NCBI GenBank assembly: GCA_951406725.2
Contig: OX597825.1
Location: 39,308,001 to 39,372,000, forward strand
From: Octopus vulgaris
Taxonomy: Eukaryota
Direction: 5' to 3'
DNA length: 64,000 nt
Below the pieces are notes generated by a model. That model was not told the origin of the DNA. It saw only the letters and a list, made by a program, of their open reading frames with translations, and made no database searches. The stretch's first letter is position 1. Each line of letters opens with the position of its first letter. Positions 15,874 to 28,722 of the stretch are shown in pieces. Made by a program: the position numbers and the translations under genes.

Positions 15874-16768
15874 GAAAGGTTGCGCGGAAACCATGCTATT
15901 CGAATCAGTTTGTTTCACCAGCAGGGAAAATATTGAAATTGCAATTTAAACAAACAACGTGATAAAAAAAATGACATTTTCATACTTCAATAAAAAATAA
16001 TATCTATGCCTCAGGCCTCGAAATTCTATCACCTCGGTTCTTAAATGACCCTATAAATTAATGTTATATAGAATACGAGCTTTTCCAGTTTGTCCGAATG
16101 AGACATTAATAATATAAGTTGTAATGGCTTTCTTATGTATTACATATTAATAAATAGTAGATGTATGAAAGGTATCATGTACAGAGCAACATATCAGTAT
16201 TTTACAAATCAATCCTTGTATATACAAAGACTCATTTCAGAACGCATACTCTCTGGAGCATATAATCAGGAACATCAGAGTATCTTTCAAACAACAAAAT
16301 ACTAACATTCGAATGAGTAGCAAAACATCAGCCTGTAAATCCTCTCTGCTACGCAAGGTGTATTACTGATTCATTCATAAAATTAGATGCAAATGAGTAT
16401 AAGGAAACGAAAAGTGAAGCAAACCTGAAAGTTTGATAATGAAAAATGTCAATGTTTAGTTAAGGTGACTCAGTTTTGCTGGAATTGTTATGAGTAGGCA
16501 CTCGTTTTATTGTGTGAATGTATATTTAATCTTCTCGTATTCATATGTACAAGATATGTTGATATGTTTCTCATCATCTTAAAGAGACGTTGGGAGTTGT
16601 AAACTTTATGATGGAGTTAGCAACTGGGTGGCGGTAATTTAAAATATAGGCGTAAAATTGTCCTCGTTTACAGCAGTAACAGTGAAAATCTAAATATATA
16701 AGTGCATAACTTCAGTTAAATTAAGTGAGGGAAATTATGCATACGCACATGAAATCTCACGCTGGTGG

Positions 16769-16800
<32 letters not shown>

Positions 16801-17065
16801 GTATGTATACATGTATATATATGTGTTTACACATACATATATACATATATATATATATGTATGTGTAAACACATATATATACATGTATACATACGTACAT
16901 ATATATATATATATATATATATGCATATATATATATGTATGTGTAAACACATATATATACATGTATACATACATATATATATATATATATATATGTACGT
17001 ATGTATACATGTATATATATATGTGTTTACACATACATATATACATATATATATATATATTTATA

Positions 17066-17102
<37 letters not shown>

Positions 17103-17165
17103 ATGCATATATATATATACACATATGCATAAATATATACATATACATATATATATATGTATACA
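16769..17165. repeat. Complex (TA)n tract with four ~45-bp units in mixed orientation
   Basis: Unit gtacgtatgtatacatgtatatatatgtgtttacacatac is forward at 16797 and 16995, and reverse-complemented at about 16854 and 16932. Confidence 0.85.
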
Positions 17166-17826
17166 TATGCAAACACACCCGCACACATACACAGACACAC
17201 ACTCACAGACTCACATGCAGACACACATATATACATAAATACATACATACATACACACACACATATATTTCAATACTAGTGATATAATTCATCAAATATT
17301 CGTGATGTAAATATTTGGAAGATTGTCCTACACCTTGGCTGCGACTACTAGAAATTGTTAAGTAGTATGTTACATGCTGAGAAGCGTGATTACTCATTCG
17401 GTCTTCGAATTGCAGCCGTGACTATTTTACAAATCCTATTCAAAGCTCCCTGAACTTATTATTTACTTGTAATTTTAATTCTAAAATATTAAATGCAAGT
17501 AGAAGAGAAAAAAAAACGAAAGTAAATACTAAAAAATCTAAGAATACAAGATTAAAATAAGTAAAATGTGCTACGAAATATAAAAAGCATAACGTACGCA
17601 GAAACTTCATTACAACCCCAATTTGACTTATTTCCGGATCAGGCATTTCTAAACGCATGTCACAATTCCCGTGAAATAATTCTATGATGAACATGATATT
17701 CTACATTGAAATAGAATTGTTTTCATGATAATATTTATGATGATGACAGTAGAAATTACAACAACAACAACTGTAGTAATTAATTGTAGTAATGTAGTAA
17801 TTAATGTTAATAAGAATGAGGATAAT

Positions 17827-17989
<163 letters not shown>

Positions 17990-18556
17990 CCCTATTGCAG
18001 AACCAGGAAATGGCTGTCATGGCTTCTGATCTTTACTGACTGGAAGTGTTATCATGTACATTGATTTATCTTGGTATAAAAGATGGGCAACAGCAAACAT
18101 TCTGCTCAATACCACAGATTTGCTTGTCAGTTGTTTGACCTTAACCAGTTGAGCATGCCCTTTGGCAGTTGATGAGACGTGCATCTCTGATCAAGATGAG
18201 AATTAGCATCATTGCCATATGTTGAGAAGAATTCGTTGGGGTTTGAATAAATCACATCTGGAAACATGGGATGTTTCGTTCAACATCCATCATTTAACAA
18301 CCCCTATTCAGAGACTTTCTTGAGTGGGATGGGTTGCTCGACGTGAAGAAAATTCTAACTGGGCCCCACCTGCAAGGTCATATGCTGTTTATCTTCATAT
18401 AAGATCACCAGGTGGCGCACATATGGATGAGATGCATGTGTCTAGTGTACCCTAATCAGAAGATTTGTGATGATGGGTATAACGGGCTTCATATATTTTA
18501 TCCCAGTGTCACATTCATGACATGCACTGCTTTCTCATTCAGTAATAATAATAATC

Positions 18557-18844
18557 CTTTCTGCTAAAGACACAAAGCCTTAAAGTTTTGGGGACGGAAT
18601 AGTCGATTACATCGACTCCAGTGTTTACTCTCTTTACTCTTTACTCTTTTACTTGTTTCAGTCATTTGACTGCGGCCATGCTGGAGCACCGCCTTTAATC
18701 GAGCAACTCGACCCCAGGACTTATTCTTTGTAAGCCCAGTACTTATTTAATCGGTCTCTTTTGCCGAACCGCTAAGTGAGGGGGACGTAAACACATCAGC
18801 ATCAGTTCTCAGGCAATGCTAGGGGGACAAACACAGACACACAA

Positions 18845-18877
<33 letters not shown>

Positions 18878-19160
18878 CATATATACGACAGGCTTCTTTC
18901 AGTTTCCGTCTACCAAATCCACTCACAAGGCATTGGTCGGCCCGGGGCTATAGCAGAAGACACTTGCCCAAGATGCCACGCAGTGGGACTGAACCCGGAA
19001 CAATGTGGTTGGTTAGCAAGCTACTTACCACACAGCTACTCCTGGTACTTATTTTATAAACCCCGAAATAGTGAAAGGGAAAGCTAACTTCGGCGGTATT
19101 TGAACTCAGTAAACAACGACGGACGAAATACCGCTAATCATTTCTTCCAGCTTGCTAACC
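18557..19160 (-). mobile_element. Older SINE (family of 34054-34470) interrupted by a younger SINE
   Basis: gtcgattacatcgactccagtg[insert]ctggtacttatttt..ccccgaa..tgaaagg..cttcggcgg.atttgaactcag is the reverse complement of the 34054 family. Confidence 0.7.
18627..19044 (-). mobile_element. tRNA-derived SINE (same family as 15051)
   Basis: Reverse complement of 15051-15470, including the A/B boxes and tail. Confidence 0.9.
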
Positions 19161-19221
19161 ATTTTCCCATATCACTGCCTGAATAACAACAACAACAACA
19201 ACAGCAGCAATAATAATAATG

Positions 19222-20330
19222 CTGATTTATTGGCCATCAGAGCCGAACACTAAACAAAGAGGACTATACACAGATGAAGGACAGTGAGTTGAAAAGTGTA
19301 AACAGCAAAAAAGGAAAAAAATAGGCAAAGAGATTAAATCAACAAAATGTTGTCTTAACATAAGGTAACCAAAGAGACGCCAAACACTTTGGACCCCTTA
19401 ACACCAAAGGCTTCTCAGGAAGCGACCCTCTCATCTCCCTTCCATCGGGCATACAAGCGCGAACATAGAGAAGGTTCATTCAAGCGAGCCATTCTTTCCA
19501 CATTCACCCAGCATTCAACAAACTTACAGTGTTTCCCTTCAGGTGGAACCTAAAAAATTCAATGAGGCCTTATCCAAAGAGTATGGTGCCCATCTTGAAA
19601 CCTTTCAATTGCGTCAACCACGCATCATCTTTTGCCATAACCACAAAATTCATAACTCCCTTTCCTAGCCAATGGAAAGAGGCAGGACGGTCTTCACAAT
19701 GGACTCGGACGATAGGTGGATCCGCCCTACACGTGACAATAACTGTTCAACAAAACGTCACAAGTCAGCAATCCACTGACACTATACGAGGTTTCATCAC
19801 ATCTTGTGCATCTCGGACAAGCCTGATTGACTGCACACCCGTGCCTGTAGAGCTTATCTTGAACCGGCAGGTTCCCCTCTACAGGTAGCACTGCCAAGTC
19901 AGTAATTTCTGGAATTTATCCATAGTTACTGTCCCAAAAGGCCTCCGGAAGAGACCAGCCAGCTGATTTCCCCCCGCCACCCAGGACCTCACCGAGTACG
20001 TCTTGTCCTCTCCTAATCCCCTATAGAACTCCAAGATGGAACTTCCACCGATCGCAATACCCGAATCACCAAGGGTTGCGAGCGCTTGGAGACACTTTAG
20101 TTGCCAAGCCCCCTGCATTGGTCTACGCCTGATCCAGAATTTCATCTCCGTTAAAGAGACGAGCTGCGGAAAAGCGCATTCAACAATAGGTGACCACACC
20201 TGCTCACCGTTAAGGTATCACTGTGCATGTCTACGCATGCCCAGTTCTCCACGCACCGGGTGCTGACAGCAAATGGACCGTGTGACAAGCGGTACCTGTT
20301 TTCATCACTGGAGGCGGAAGAATAATTTCA
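19222..20330 (-). pseudogene. Decayed 3' part of L1/Tx1-type LINE (zf-RVT region)
   Basis: Minus strand RSICCQHPVRGELGM, FYRGL and KFQKLLTWQCY/LPVQDKLYRHGCAVNQACPRCTRCDET. AATAAA and a simple-repeat tail near 19225. Confidence 0.65.
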
Positions 20331-20591
20331 TCAACCCATTCAGGCTCGGAGCAGGTCAAGGCTGTAGTATATGATGGATGCGATGTTTACTTTTTCTATT
20401 TTGTTCTCCTATTAGATGTTAACCAATTCCTTAGCTACCGTGATATTTGCAAAAGTCTCATCCCCACTGCTAACTCCATTTTTGTTAGTGTCTCCGCTTT
20501 TGATGTCGTGCTACTACAATATCCACGTAGTGAGGGAGAATTTACTCCTTCCTTTCTGCCGTCCTCTTTCTTCTTACATCTGTTCTTGACT

Positions 20592-20980
20592 ACTCTTCTT
20601 CTTCTCCTTCTTCTTCTTCTTCTTCTTCTTCTTCTTCTTCTTCTTCTTCTTCTTCTTCTTCTACTTCTTCTACTTCCTCTTCTTCTTCTTCTTCTTCTTC
20701 TTCCTCTCCTTCTTTTTCTTCTCCTTCTTCTTCTTTTTCTTCTCCTTCTTCTTCTTCTTCTTCTTCTTCTTCTTCTTCTTCTTCTTCTTCTTCTACTTCC
20801 TCTTCTTCTTCTTCTTCTTCTTCTTCCTCTCCTTCTTTTTCTTCTCCTTCTTCTTCTTTTTCTTCTCCTTCTTCTTCTTCTTCTTCTTCTTCTTCTTCTT
20901 CTTCTTCTTCTACCTCTTCTTCCTCTCCTTCTTTTTCTTCTTCTTCTTCTTTTTCTTCTCCTTCTTCTTCTTCTTCTTCG
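20592..20980. repeat. (TTC)n/(GAA)n compound microsatellite with higher-order ~120-bp units
   Basis: The variant block tac..cctctccttctttttcttctcc recurs three times. Confidence 0.85.
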
Positions 20981-21589
20981 ACTACCTCTTCCCTTTTGCT
21001 TTGCCACCTTCCCTCCTCACTCTCACTTTTCGTCGCCATCTTCAATTTTTATTTTCTTCGAAGCAAATTTTCGAAGAAATTTGAAAACAAAAAGGTTTGT
21101 ATCACCCCGAAAATGTATCAGCCCTACAGAAGGGCAAGATCCTTGCCAAACGATTTAAGCAACAAACAAAATACAGCGGAGAACCTTTTAAACAAGTGAA
21201 TTAGTCATGGACTAACAGCTCTCATAAAGCTCACCTCCACCTAATGACAGTAATAATGATACTAATAATTACCATGCTTTAATAGTATTAAGTAATAGTA
21301 TCATCATTAAAAACATTACTATTTCTTTCGTTACATCATAACTTAATATGATACTCCATTGAGATAACTTATATTCCAGCAGTGTTTATACTTCAAAGAT
21401 CTGTGTACTTCAGTTCTGATCATCCTGCAATCCAAAATTTTAGAGATTGCTATGGATTTAAAGTGTACATCCCAGTTAGATCTTATAGTTAAAGAAACCA
21501 CCCAGATATAGTTCTTTTCTGAATTTTATTGCACCACTCATTTAATATGTGTTATTCGTCACATATTCAACTCGATTTATGTGTACATT

Positions 21590-21672
<83 letters not shown>

Positions 21673-21676
21673 CATA

Positions 21677-21739
<63 letters not shown>

Positions 21740-21748
21740 GTATATGTA

Positions 21749-21800
<52 letters not shown>
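21590..21800. repeat. (TA)n microsatellite
   Basis: Directly visible. Confidence 0.9.
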
Positions 21801-23735
21801 GATGTATGTTTGTACGTATATGTCTACGTATATATGTATACGTAGGTATGCATATATATCTGTATATATGTATGCATATGTGTATATATATGCACCAAAT
21901 CTCAATAACTAATAAGAATTAGTGAATTAAATTTATGAAGCAACACCAAATTGCGATGCTACATCATGGTCAGAGGTCAGGAGCTGAAAGTAGATCAAAT
22001 CAAATCAAATTTTACACACACACACACGCAATAATATATATATATGAGGCTATTTTTTTTATCGAACTCTTACATCCTTCATATATTTTTACTCCCATAT
22101 CCTTCCTTTTCCAAAATAACTCCTTATATCGAATTCTTCTATTTCCCTTTAGTTAATTCTCTCATATAATCCCTAATGAAGGAATATGCTTTATATCTCA
22201 GAAACAGCTCTATGACTACCTTTCTCTTTATAAATATCCTATAAATTCCACGTACCCTTTGTTTATTGTCTCATTCTATTTTATACAAACACACACACAC
22301 ATATAAAGATTCATATACATACATATAAACTATACTTAGTCTTGTCGTTTTATTTGTCTTATATTCTCTTTCAAATATAAACACAGGAGAAACAGAATGG
22401 AATATAATTGTATTTAATACTTATTCTTATACGTATAATTCTTTCTGTTTTCCACCATTTCAGTTTCTCTACCTTTAGCATATTCCTTTGGGTTGTAATT
22501 ATATGTCATTATTTCTAGAAATGTTTCTAGTTTCCGATGTATTTCTATTAAACGTCAGATATAATTTCCGATTATCATTTACCAAGTAACATTATTTAAT
22601 AAAGGAAAAAATATACCAGACAATTGGGACCACATTTAACAAGAAATTGCCACAGTCATTTTGAAATGACAGCAACTTAGAATAATTTCGTTTAAATCTC
22701 AGAAAGATAATTAATATAAATATTTCTCTGGAGTCGAATATTATAATACAAAGAGGACCTCGTACGTGACTTCATCGCTTCAATTGTGAAAGAAAATCTT
22801 GTAAACCAGACATTGAAAATTATCACAGCCATGAAGAATATATGTATTTCTACACCTACTTTTCAGATTGAGGTTTCGGCAAATATTTCCCTTAGTGTTG
22901 TATATCAACTGATTGTAGCTAAACCTTCCCAACTCAGCGTCAACGTGAGGAGACATATTAGAATTTAAAATTCCGTATCTTACTGTCAGAGCTGATGTTT
23001 TTGACAAATTTAGTCGCAACAAGACGAGTTTTTGACACCGTCCCAGAATAACAACGAGTATGCCTTCTCATAGATTTCATCGTTGCTATGATCCTACACC
23101 GTCTGCAAATAATTGCGGTTTGTATACAAGGAAATCCTGCAAGTTACAAAGATGCTTCAATTATAAATTTCAATATAAAAATTCCTGCATATATAATTTT
23201 GTTTCAATATTTCAAAGTAAGTTCGGCTCTATGTGTGTTTTGCAACCCCATTGAAGAATGGGATTAAAAGTTTTATTTGGAAATAAAGATGTCATTATAA
23301 ATTTAAGATGTTTGTCAGAGTCTGCCACGATACGTGACAAATGAGAAAATAATTCCCCATTTCAAAAGTCCGAAATAAAATTAAAGAGCCATTTTGATAC
23401 TATACAATTTTTAAATATAAAATTGGGAAAAATCTGAAATGAAAAATAAATAAATGAAATGCGAGACTATAGTTGCTTTAACTGTTCCCATTATATAAAT
23501 ATATTTCTGCAAAATATAAAATAATGCGTGTATATATTTAGAAAAGTTTGACTTCATAAAAAAAAAATTACCCAATATGAGCTACATAAAACTTTTTTAA
23601 CAACAATCTTCCCAAATGTAGTATGTAGTTTCAATAAGATAGAGTCTAATTATTTAATTATTATTAGTTCAGAGTGAAATTATATAACAAAATAAAAGTA
23701 TATATTCGGTATTCGGACATTTACTCCTGTCAGTG

Positions 23736-23772
<37 letters not shown>

Positions 23773-23780
<8 letters not shown>

Positions 23781-24032
23781 TCAACACACAAAAATATTTT
23801 TTCTTCTCCACTTCCTCCCTTATTTTTATTTTTATTTTTATTTTTATTTTTTTATTTTTTATTCTTTATATTTTTATTCTTTATATTTTTTTATTTTATT
23901 TTTTATTTTTTGTTTTTATTTTATTTTATTTTTTTTTTAATTTTTTAATTTTTTATTTTTATTATTATTATTTTTATTTTCCCTTTTCTCTTTTTGTCTC
24001 TCTCCCCTTCTCCAAACACACAGACACACACA

Positions 24033-24070
<38 letters not shown>

Positions 24071-24280
24071 AAAACACACACAGACACACAGAGACACACA
24101 CACACACACACACCTCCACAGAATGATCATAGAAAGTGTGACCCCAAATGACATTTGCCAGGCCAACCTATGCACAACACACACTCAGTGACATTGAAAT
24201 GGACAGCCAAAGTTCTTATAAAACCACAGGGGGTCCAGCAGACCAACTGAAATAACACTTCTTCACTCTCAGATATAAAT

Positions 24281-24346
<66 letters not shown>

Positions 24347-24562
24347 ACATATTTTCTCTCTGTCTCACTTCCTCCTCACCCACTACTACGAAACTATAAA
24401 AAGGTTCAAACTACCCACAACTGATTTGATTTGAAAACCCACTAGAATGGGAGCAAGCGCTAATCCGAATGATATGATATATATGTAAAAAATGTAATAT
24501 ATAAATAAATATCTACAAATATGAACCATCTGATCTGATTACCTCAATTTTTCTAATATATA
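23773..24562 (+). repeat. 5' pseudo-LTR
   Basis: Nearly identical to 28723-29516 apart from microsatellite length and a few substitutions. Confidence 0.9.
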
Positions 24563-24622
24563 ATACCTGTACATCATCTCCAAACCTTCCGATACATATA
24601 TTTGGATGTACATGACATCAGA

Positions 24623-26230
24623 ATGGATGGACTAATATCAGATCCACAAACAGAAGATACCAAAAATACAGAAAATATTGAAAGGAATGGAACAGAACCA
24701 GACCCCAAACAGGCTTATACCAAACACGCAGAAGACCTAACACAAATCTGCAAAATATGCAATGCTGAAATAAACAAGACAGAAGCACATCTTCAACAGG
24801 GAAATACCAGAAGCATGGAAGATCTACTCACAGAAACCTGTAGTAAGTTAAATTCACTTCTCTCAAAAATTGATACGCTCTTTGCAAACATTGCTTTAAC
24901 AATAAATACAATCCAAACACAAAATATTCTCTGTAAAAATAATCAAACAAACACAACTGATAACACAAACCTTCTGGCGGGACTACCCCAATCACAAAGG
25001 ACAACAAATGACGAAGAAACAAAAACTGACACAAACCAAGAAAAACCTTCAAAACCCCAAGACTGGAACAAACTTCTAAACCAACGCAAATATGCTTATT
25101 GGAAAAACATACGCTGTAAGAACATAGCCAACATATATCAAAACTGGCGGGACTTGAAGAACCCAATACTCCCTAGAAAATTTCTTATCAAAGAAATAAG
25201 GGGTGAAACACTAGAAGAAACAACAATACGTGCAAACCTAGCCCTCTGCCGACTAGAAACGGAAATTTCCCTTCTACAAACACGAAGCACACACCAGGAA
25301 GATAAGATTAAAACAATCGATACCGTCATAATGGCCGAGATAACAGAAAGGAACAATAACCAAAATAAAGAAAAACTACAACAATTATGGAAAGAGGATA
25401 CCGAACGAGAGGAGGAAAGATCCAGATTTATGTGGACCAAACAACATGAGTGGTTTTTAAACTATGAAAAGAACTATGGTGAAGAATCAATTATGAAGAC
25501 AAAAAAACTACCAAAACAAATGAATAGATACAACAAACTAACACCACAAACATACTGGACTCCCAGACATCAAAATAAGCCCTACCAAACACAAACCAAA
25601 ATCCCGCTCCTTACACTGCCGAACCCCCCAATTAACAGATACACAAAATATGAAAGACAACCATCAACCCAAAACCCCACAAAAACAAACACACCAACAG
25701 CAAGACGAGCACAATACATACAACCAACAACCTATAACACTTGGAGAGAACAAATAGAATATGAACAACCACCAACACATAACACTGGACACCCTAAAGG
25801 GACACACACATGGAACAATATACAAATGGATAGAAACCAACACATAACCCACAACAAACATCAAGGAAATCGAAACCACACAAACACCAACCCCATGCAA
25901 CCCCACAAATTTCCAAGATGGATAAAAAACAACTCCCACTATCAATACAATACAAACACAATACATGAACCATCCACCTACCCACAAAGAAACCTGAACC
26001 CCAGTAATAAATATTGGCTCAACCAACACAGAAGATGGGAAGAAAACAACTACCAAAGACAAAACAACACATACAGACCACACAGACCACCCCAACTACA
26101 AGAAAACCTAAGAACTGAAAATGGAATTTGGAGACGTAACAACACAACCCATTTTTTAGGGAGAGGATACTTCAACCATACTCCAGACCCAATACACCAA
26201 AAATTCCGGATGAACTCCCAAAACACATAG
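24623..26230 (+). CDS. PLE upstream ORF1 (535 aa from first ATG): predicted helical/coiled-coil core plus Q/N/T/P-rich tail
   Basis: Uninterrupted 1.6-kb ORF inside the pseudo-LTRs, with the same A/C-rich strand bias as the RT ORF. No recognisable enzyme motif. Confidence 0.75.
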   Translation: MDGLISDPQTEDTKNTENIERNGTEPDPKQAYTKHAEDLTQICKICNAEINKTEAHLQQGNTRSMEDLLTETCSKLNSLLSKIDTLFANIALTINTIQTQNILCKNNQTNTTDNTNLLAGLPQSQRTTNDEETKTDTNQEKPSKPQDWNKLLNQRKYAYWKNIRCKNIANIYQNWRDLKNPILPRKFLIKEIRGETLEETTIRANLALCRLETEISLLQTRSTHQEDKIKTIDTVIMAEITERNNNQNKEKLQQLWKEDTEREEERSRFMWTKQHEWFLNYEKNYGEESIMKTKKLPKQMNRYNKLTPQTYWTPRHQNKPYQTQTKIPLLTLPNPPINRYTKYERQPSTQNPTKTNTPTARRAQYIQPTTYNTWREQIEYEQPPTHNTGHPKGTHTWNNIQMDRNQHITHNKHQGNRNHTNTNPMQPHKFPRWIKNNSHYQYNTNTIHEPSTYPQRNLNPSNKYWLNQHRRWEENNYQRQNNTYRPHRPPQLQENLRTENGIWRRNNTTHFLGRGYFNHTPDPIHQKFRMNSQNT

Positions 26231-28466
26231 ACCCCAAAATAATAAACTTATCTAAAAGAGAACTTGACGAATATGAAATGAACCTACTACTAAAAGGCCT
26301 CAAATTTACACCTACACCCACTCCAAACCTCATAGAACTAAAAACTGACATAGATAACTTCAGCCGCTACCTCCGCCTTATGGAATTCTTTGAAAATAAA
26401 GAAACAGAAGATAACTCAATCATAAGAAAAAAATCCCACTTCACCCCTTACAAGGGAAGTGACAAACACCTTGACACGTACATAGAAACAATATCCAAAT
26501 TCCCTCTTCACACACACAAATGCAAACAGAATCTCCGCAGAGAAGAAAAGCAAGCCCTACAAAAACTGAAAAATGACAAATCAATCGTTATAAAAGAAGC
26601 TGACAAAGGTGGAGCAATAGTAATTATGGACACAGATTACTACAAAGAAAAGATACTAGAGTTACTGAACAACCAGACATATTACAAAGAGGAACCAACA
26701 CCACCGGAGAAAACAACAATAAGAAAAATTAGAACTTTAGTCAATGAATATCAGGACTCCTTTACAGATAAGGAGGAAGATTATCTATGCAACTCACAAA
26801 CCAAAGAAAGCAACTTTTATGGATTACCTAAAATTCATAAAAGCTCGGAAATACAGAGAGCCATAAAGGAACAGAGGAACCACTACATAAGAGTACAAAG
26901 ACCTGCAGACCTCACGATGAGACCAATAGTGGCAGGACCCCAGGCACCAACACAACAACTAAGCCACTTCATAGATATACTCCTCAAACCTCTATGCCCA
27001 CAGATTCCAAGCTACATAAGGGATGACATAGACTTCCTCACACACATTCCAAATACAGTCCCAAAAAACACCATACTTGCAAGCTTTGATGTCACAAATC
27101 TATACACAAACATACCACACACCCTAGGTCTAGAAGCTATAAAACAATCAATAGAAAAATACAGAGAACTTATAGATGAACGCTTCAAGACAAACTTTAT
27201 CACCCAAGCCACCCAACTAATACTAGAAGAAAACACATTCTCATTCAACAACAAGACATACCGACAGATAAAAGGCACGGCTATGGGTACAAAATTCGCA
27301 CCTTCATATGCCAACCTAGTGATGGGCTTCCTGGAGAAAAAACTATATGACGAAATAGGGAAAGTCTTCGAACACGACTTCAGAGAAGACATCAAGAAAA
27401 AGTGGAAACGCTACCTCGATGACTGTTTCATCTTTTGGAACAGATCAGAAGAGGACCTACAAACATTCCACAACATCCTCAATACGCTGCACCCATCTAT
27501 CAATTTCACAATAGATACCAGCCACAACGAACTTCCCTTCCTAGACATCAACATCAAAATACACAACTCCATCGTCACAACAGACATCCACTACAAAAAA
27601 ACTGACACACATCAATACTTAAATTTCCACTCCTGCCACCCATCCCACACAAAAAGAAACATCCCATATAGTATGGCACGACGAATATGTAGCATAGTAA
27701 CTGATTCACAAATACGATTAATAAGACTAGATGAACTCAAAAGCTTCCTCCTAGAGCAAAAATACCCCCTTAAACTAATAGAAAATGGAATCACAAGAGC
27801 ATTAAAACTAGACATCACACAACTCAGGACACCCAAAACAAAAAACAAAGAAAACACTATCCCTTTTATAAACACACACAACCCTGGAGTTACCAACATC
27901 TTCCAAACCATACATTCAAACCTACCAATAGCCTTACAGAGCCCCAAAATGAAAAACATATTAAACAAATATAGCATAAAAAACAGTAGACGACAGGACA
28001 AAAACCTAAAAAACACCTAACAAGAGCGAAATTCTCTTCAGAAACTAAAACGGAATTCTTTGCAAAAGAGTGCGGAGATGGTAGATGTGGGACCTGCAGC
28101 AACCCCACCTACAAATACATAGAGAGCAACAGAGAGATAAGATTTAAAAATGGTGTCATATTCAAAGTAAATGCAGATATGAACTGCAAGACGCAGAACG
28201 TCATATACTGCATAACCTGCCCCACATGCAAGGAGAATTACGTAGGAGAAACTGGTAATTCTTTGTGCCAGCGAGCCAGGATCCACCGACAACATATTCG
28301 GCAGGAAGAACTACGCAAAATACCACTAAGCACACACCTAGCTACATGTGGAGAAGGAAAATTTAAGATATTTCCCTTCTACAAGTGTCCGAAGAATGAC
28401 ACCCCCTTCAGGAGGAATATGGAAAAACATTTCATAGCTAAGTTCTCCCCCAAATTAAATGGCTGA
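26140..28466 (+). CDS. PLE reverse transcriptase + GIY-YIG endonuclease (one 1-nt frameshift in the A-run at 28008-28013)
   Basis: Frame is open from 26140 (IINLSKREL..KGLKFTPTP). Motifs ADKGG, FYGLPKIHK, RPIV, SFDVTNLYTNIP, GTAMGTKFAPSYANL, RYLDD and PFLD. After the shift: CGDGRCGTC, NVIYCITCPTC..YVGET, R..IH, E..FI..LN. Confidence 0.92.
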
Positions 28467-28722
28467 AACTTTACTCAACATACATTGAAGGAAAAATCTG
28501 TGTGTGTGTAGATGTGTGTATTGCCTGTTATATACATCATATTATATTATTATCTTTATAATTCACTTCCATCTTTACCCTTTAATTGTCACTTTAATTT
28601 TAACTTTCCTATGACATACAACTTTCAAGATGGTATAATTTGGTTGTTCATTTTGAACCGATAAAAAGGTTTTTTCAAATATTTTATGTATAAGTCTGTG
28701 TGTGTGTATATATATGTGTTGG

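Noticed and set aside
16735-17287. Many YI/HT/CV-rich ORFs here and at 10628-11343, 21529-21922, 39931-41326 and 50595-50969
   Set aside because: Translations of stop-free dinucleotide repeats.
20435-21158. Poly-Arg (protamine-like), poly-Glu and poly-Leu ORFs
   Set aside because: All are readings of the same (TTC)n microsatellite.
22165-22220. Hammerhead-like ctaatgaagga..agaaacagct (similar start at about 51570)
   Set aside because: Core G5 is mutated and the helices do not pair convincingly; at most a dead remnant.
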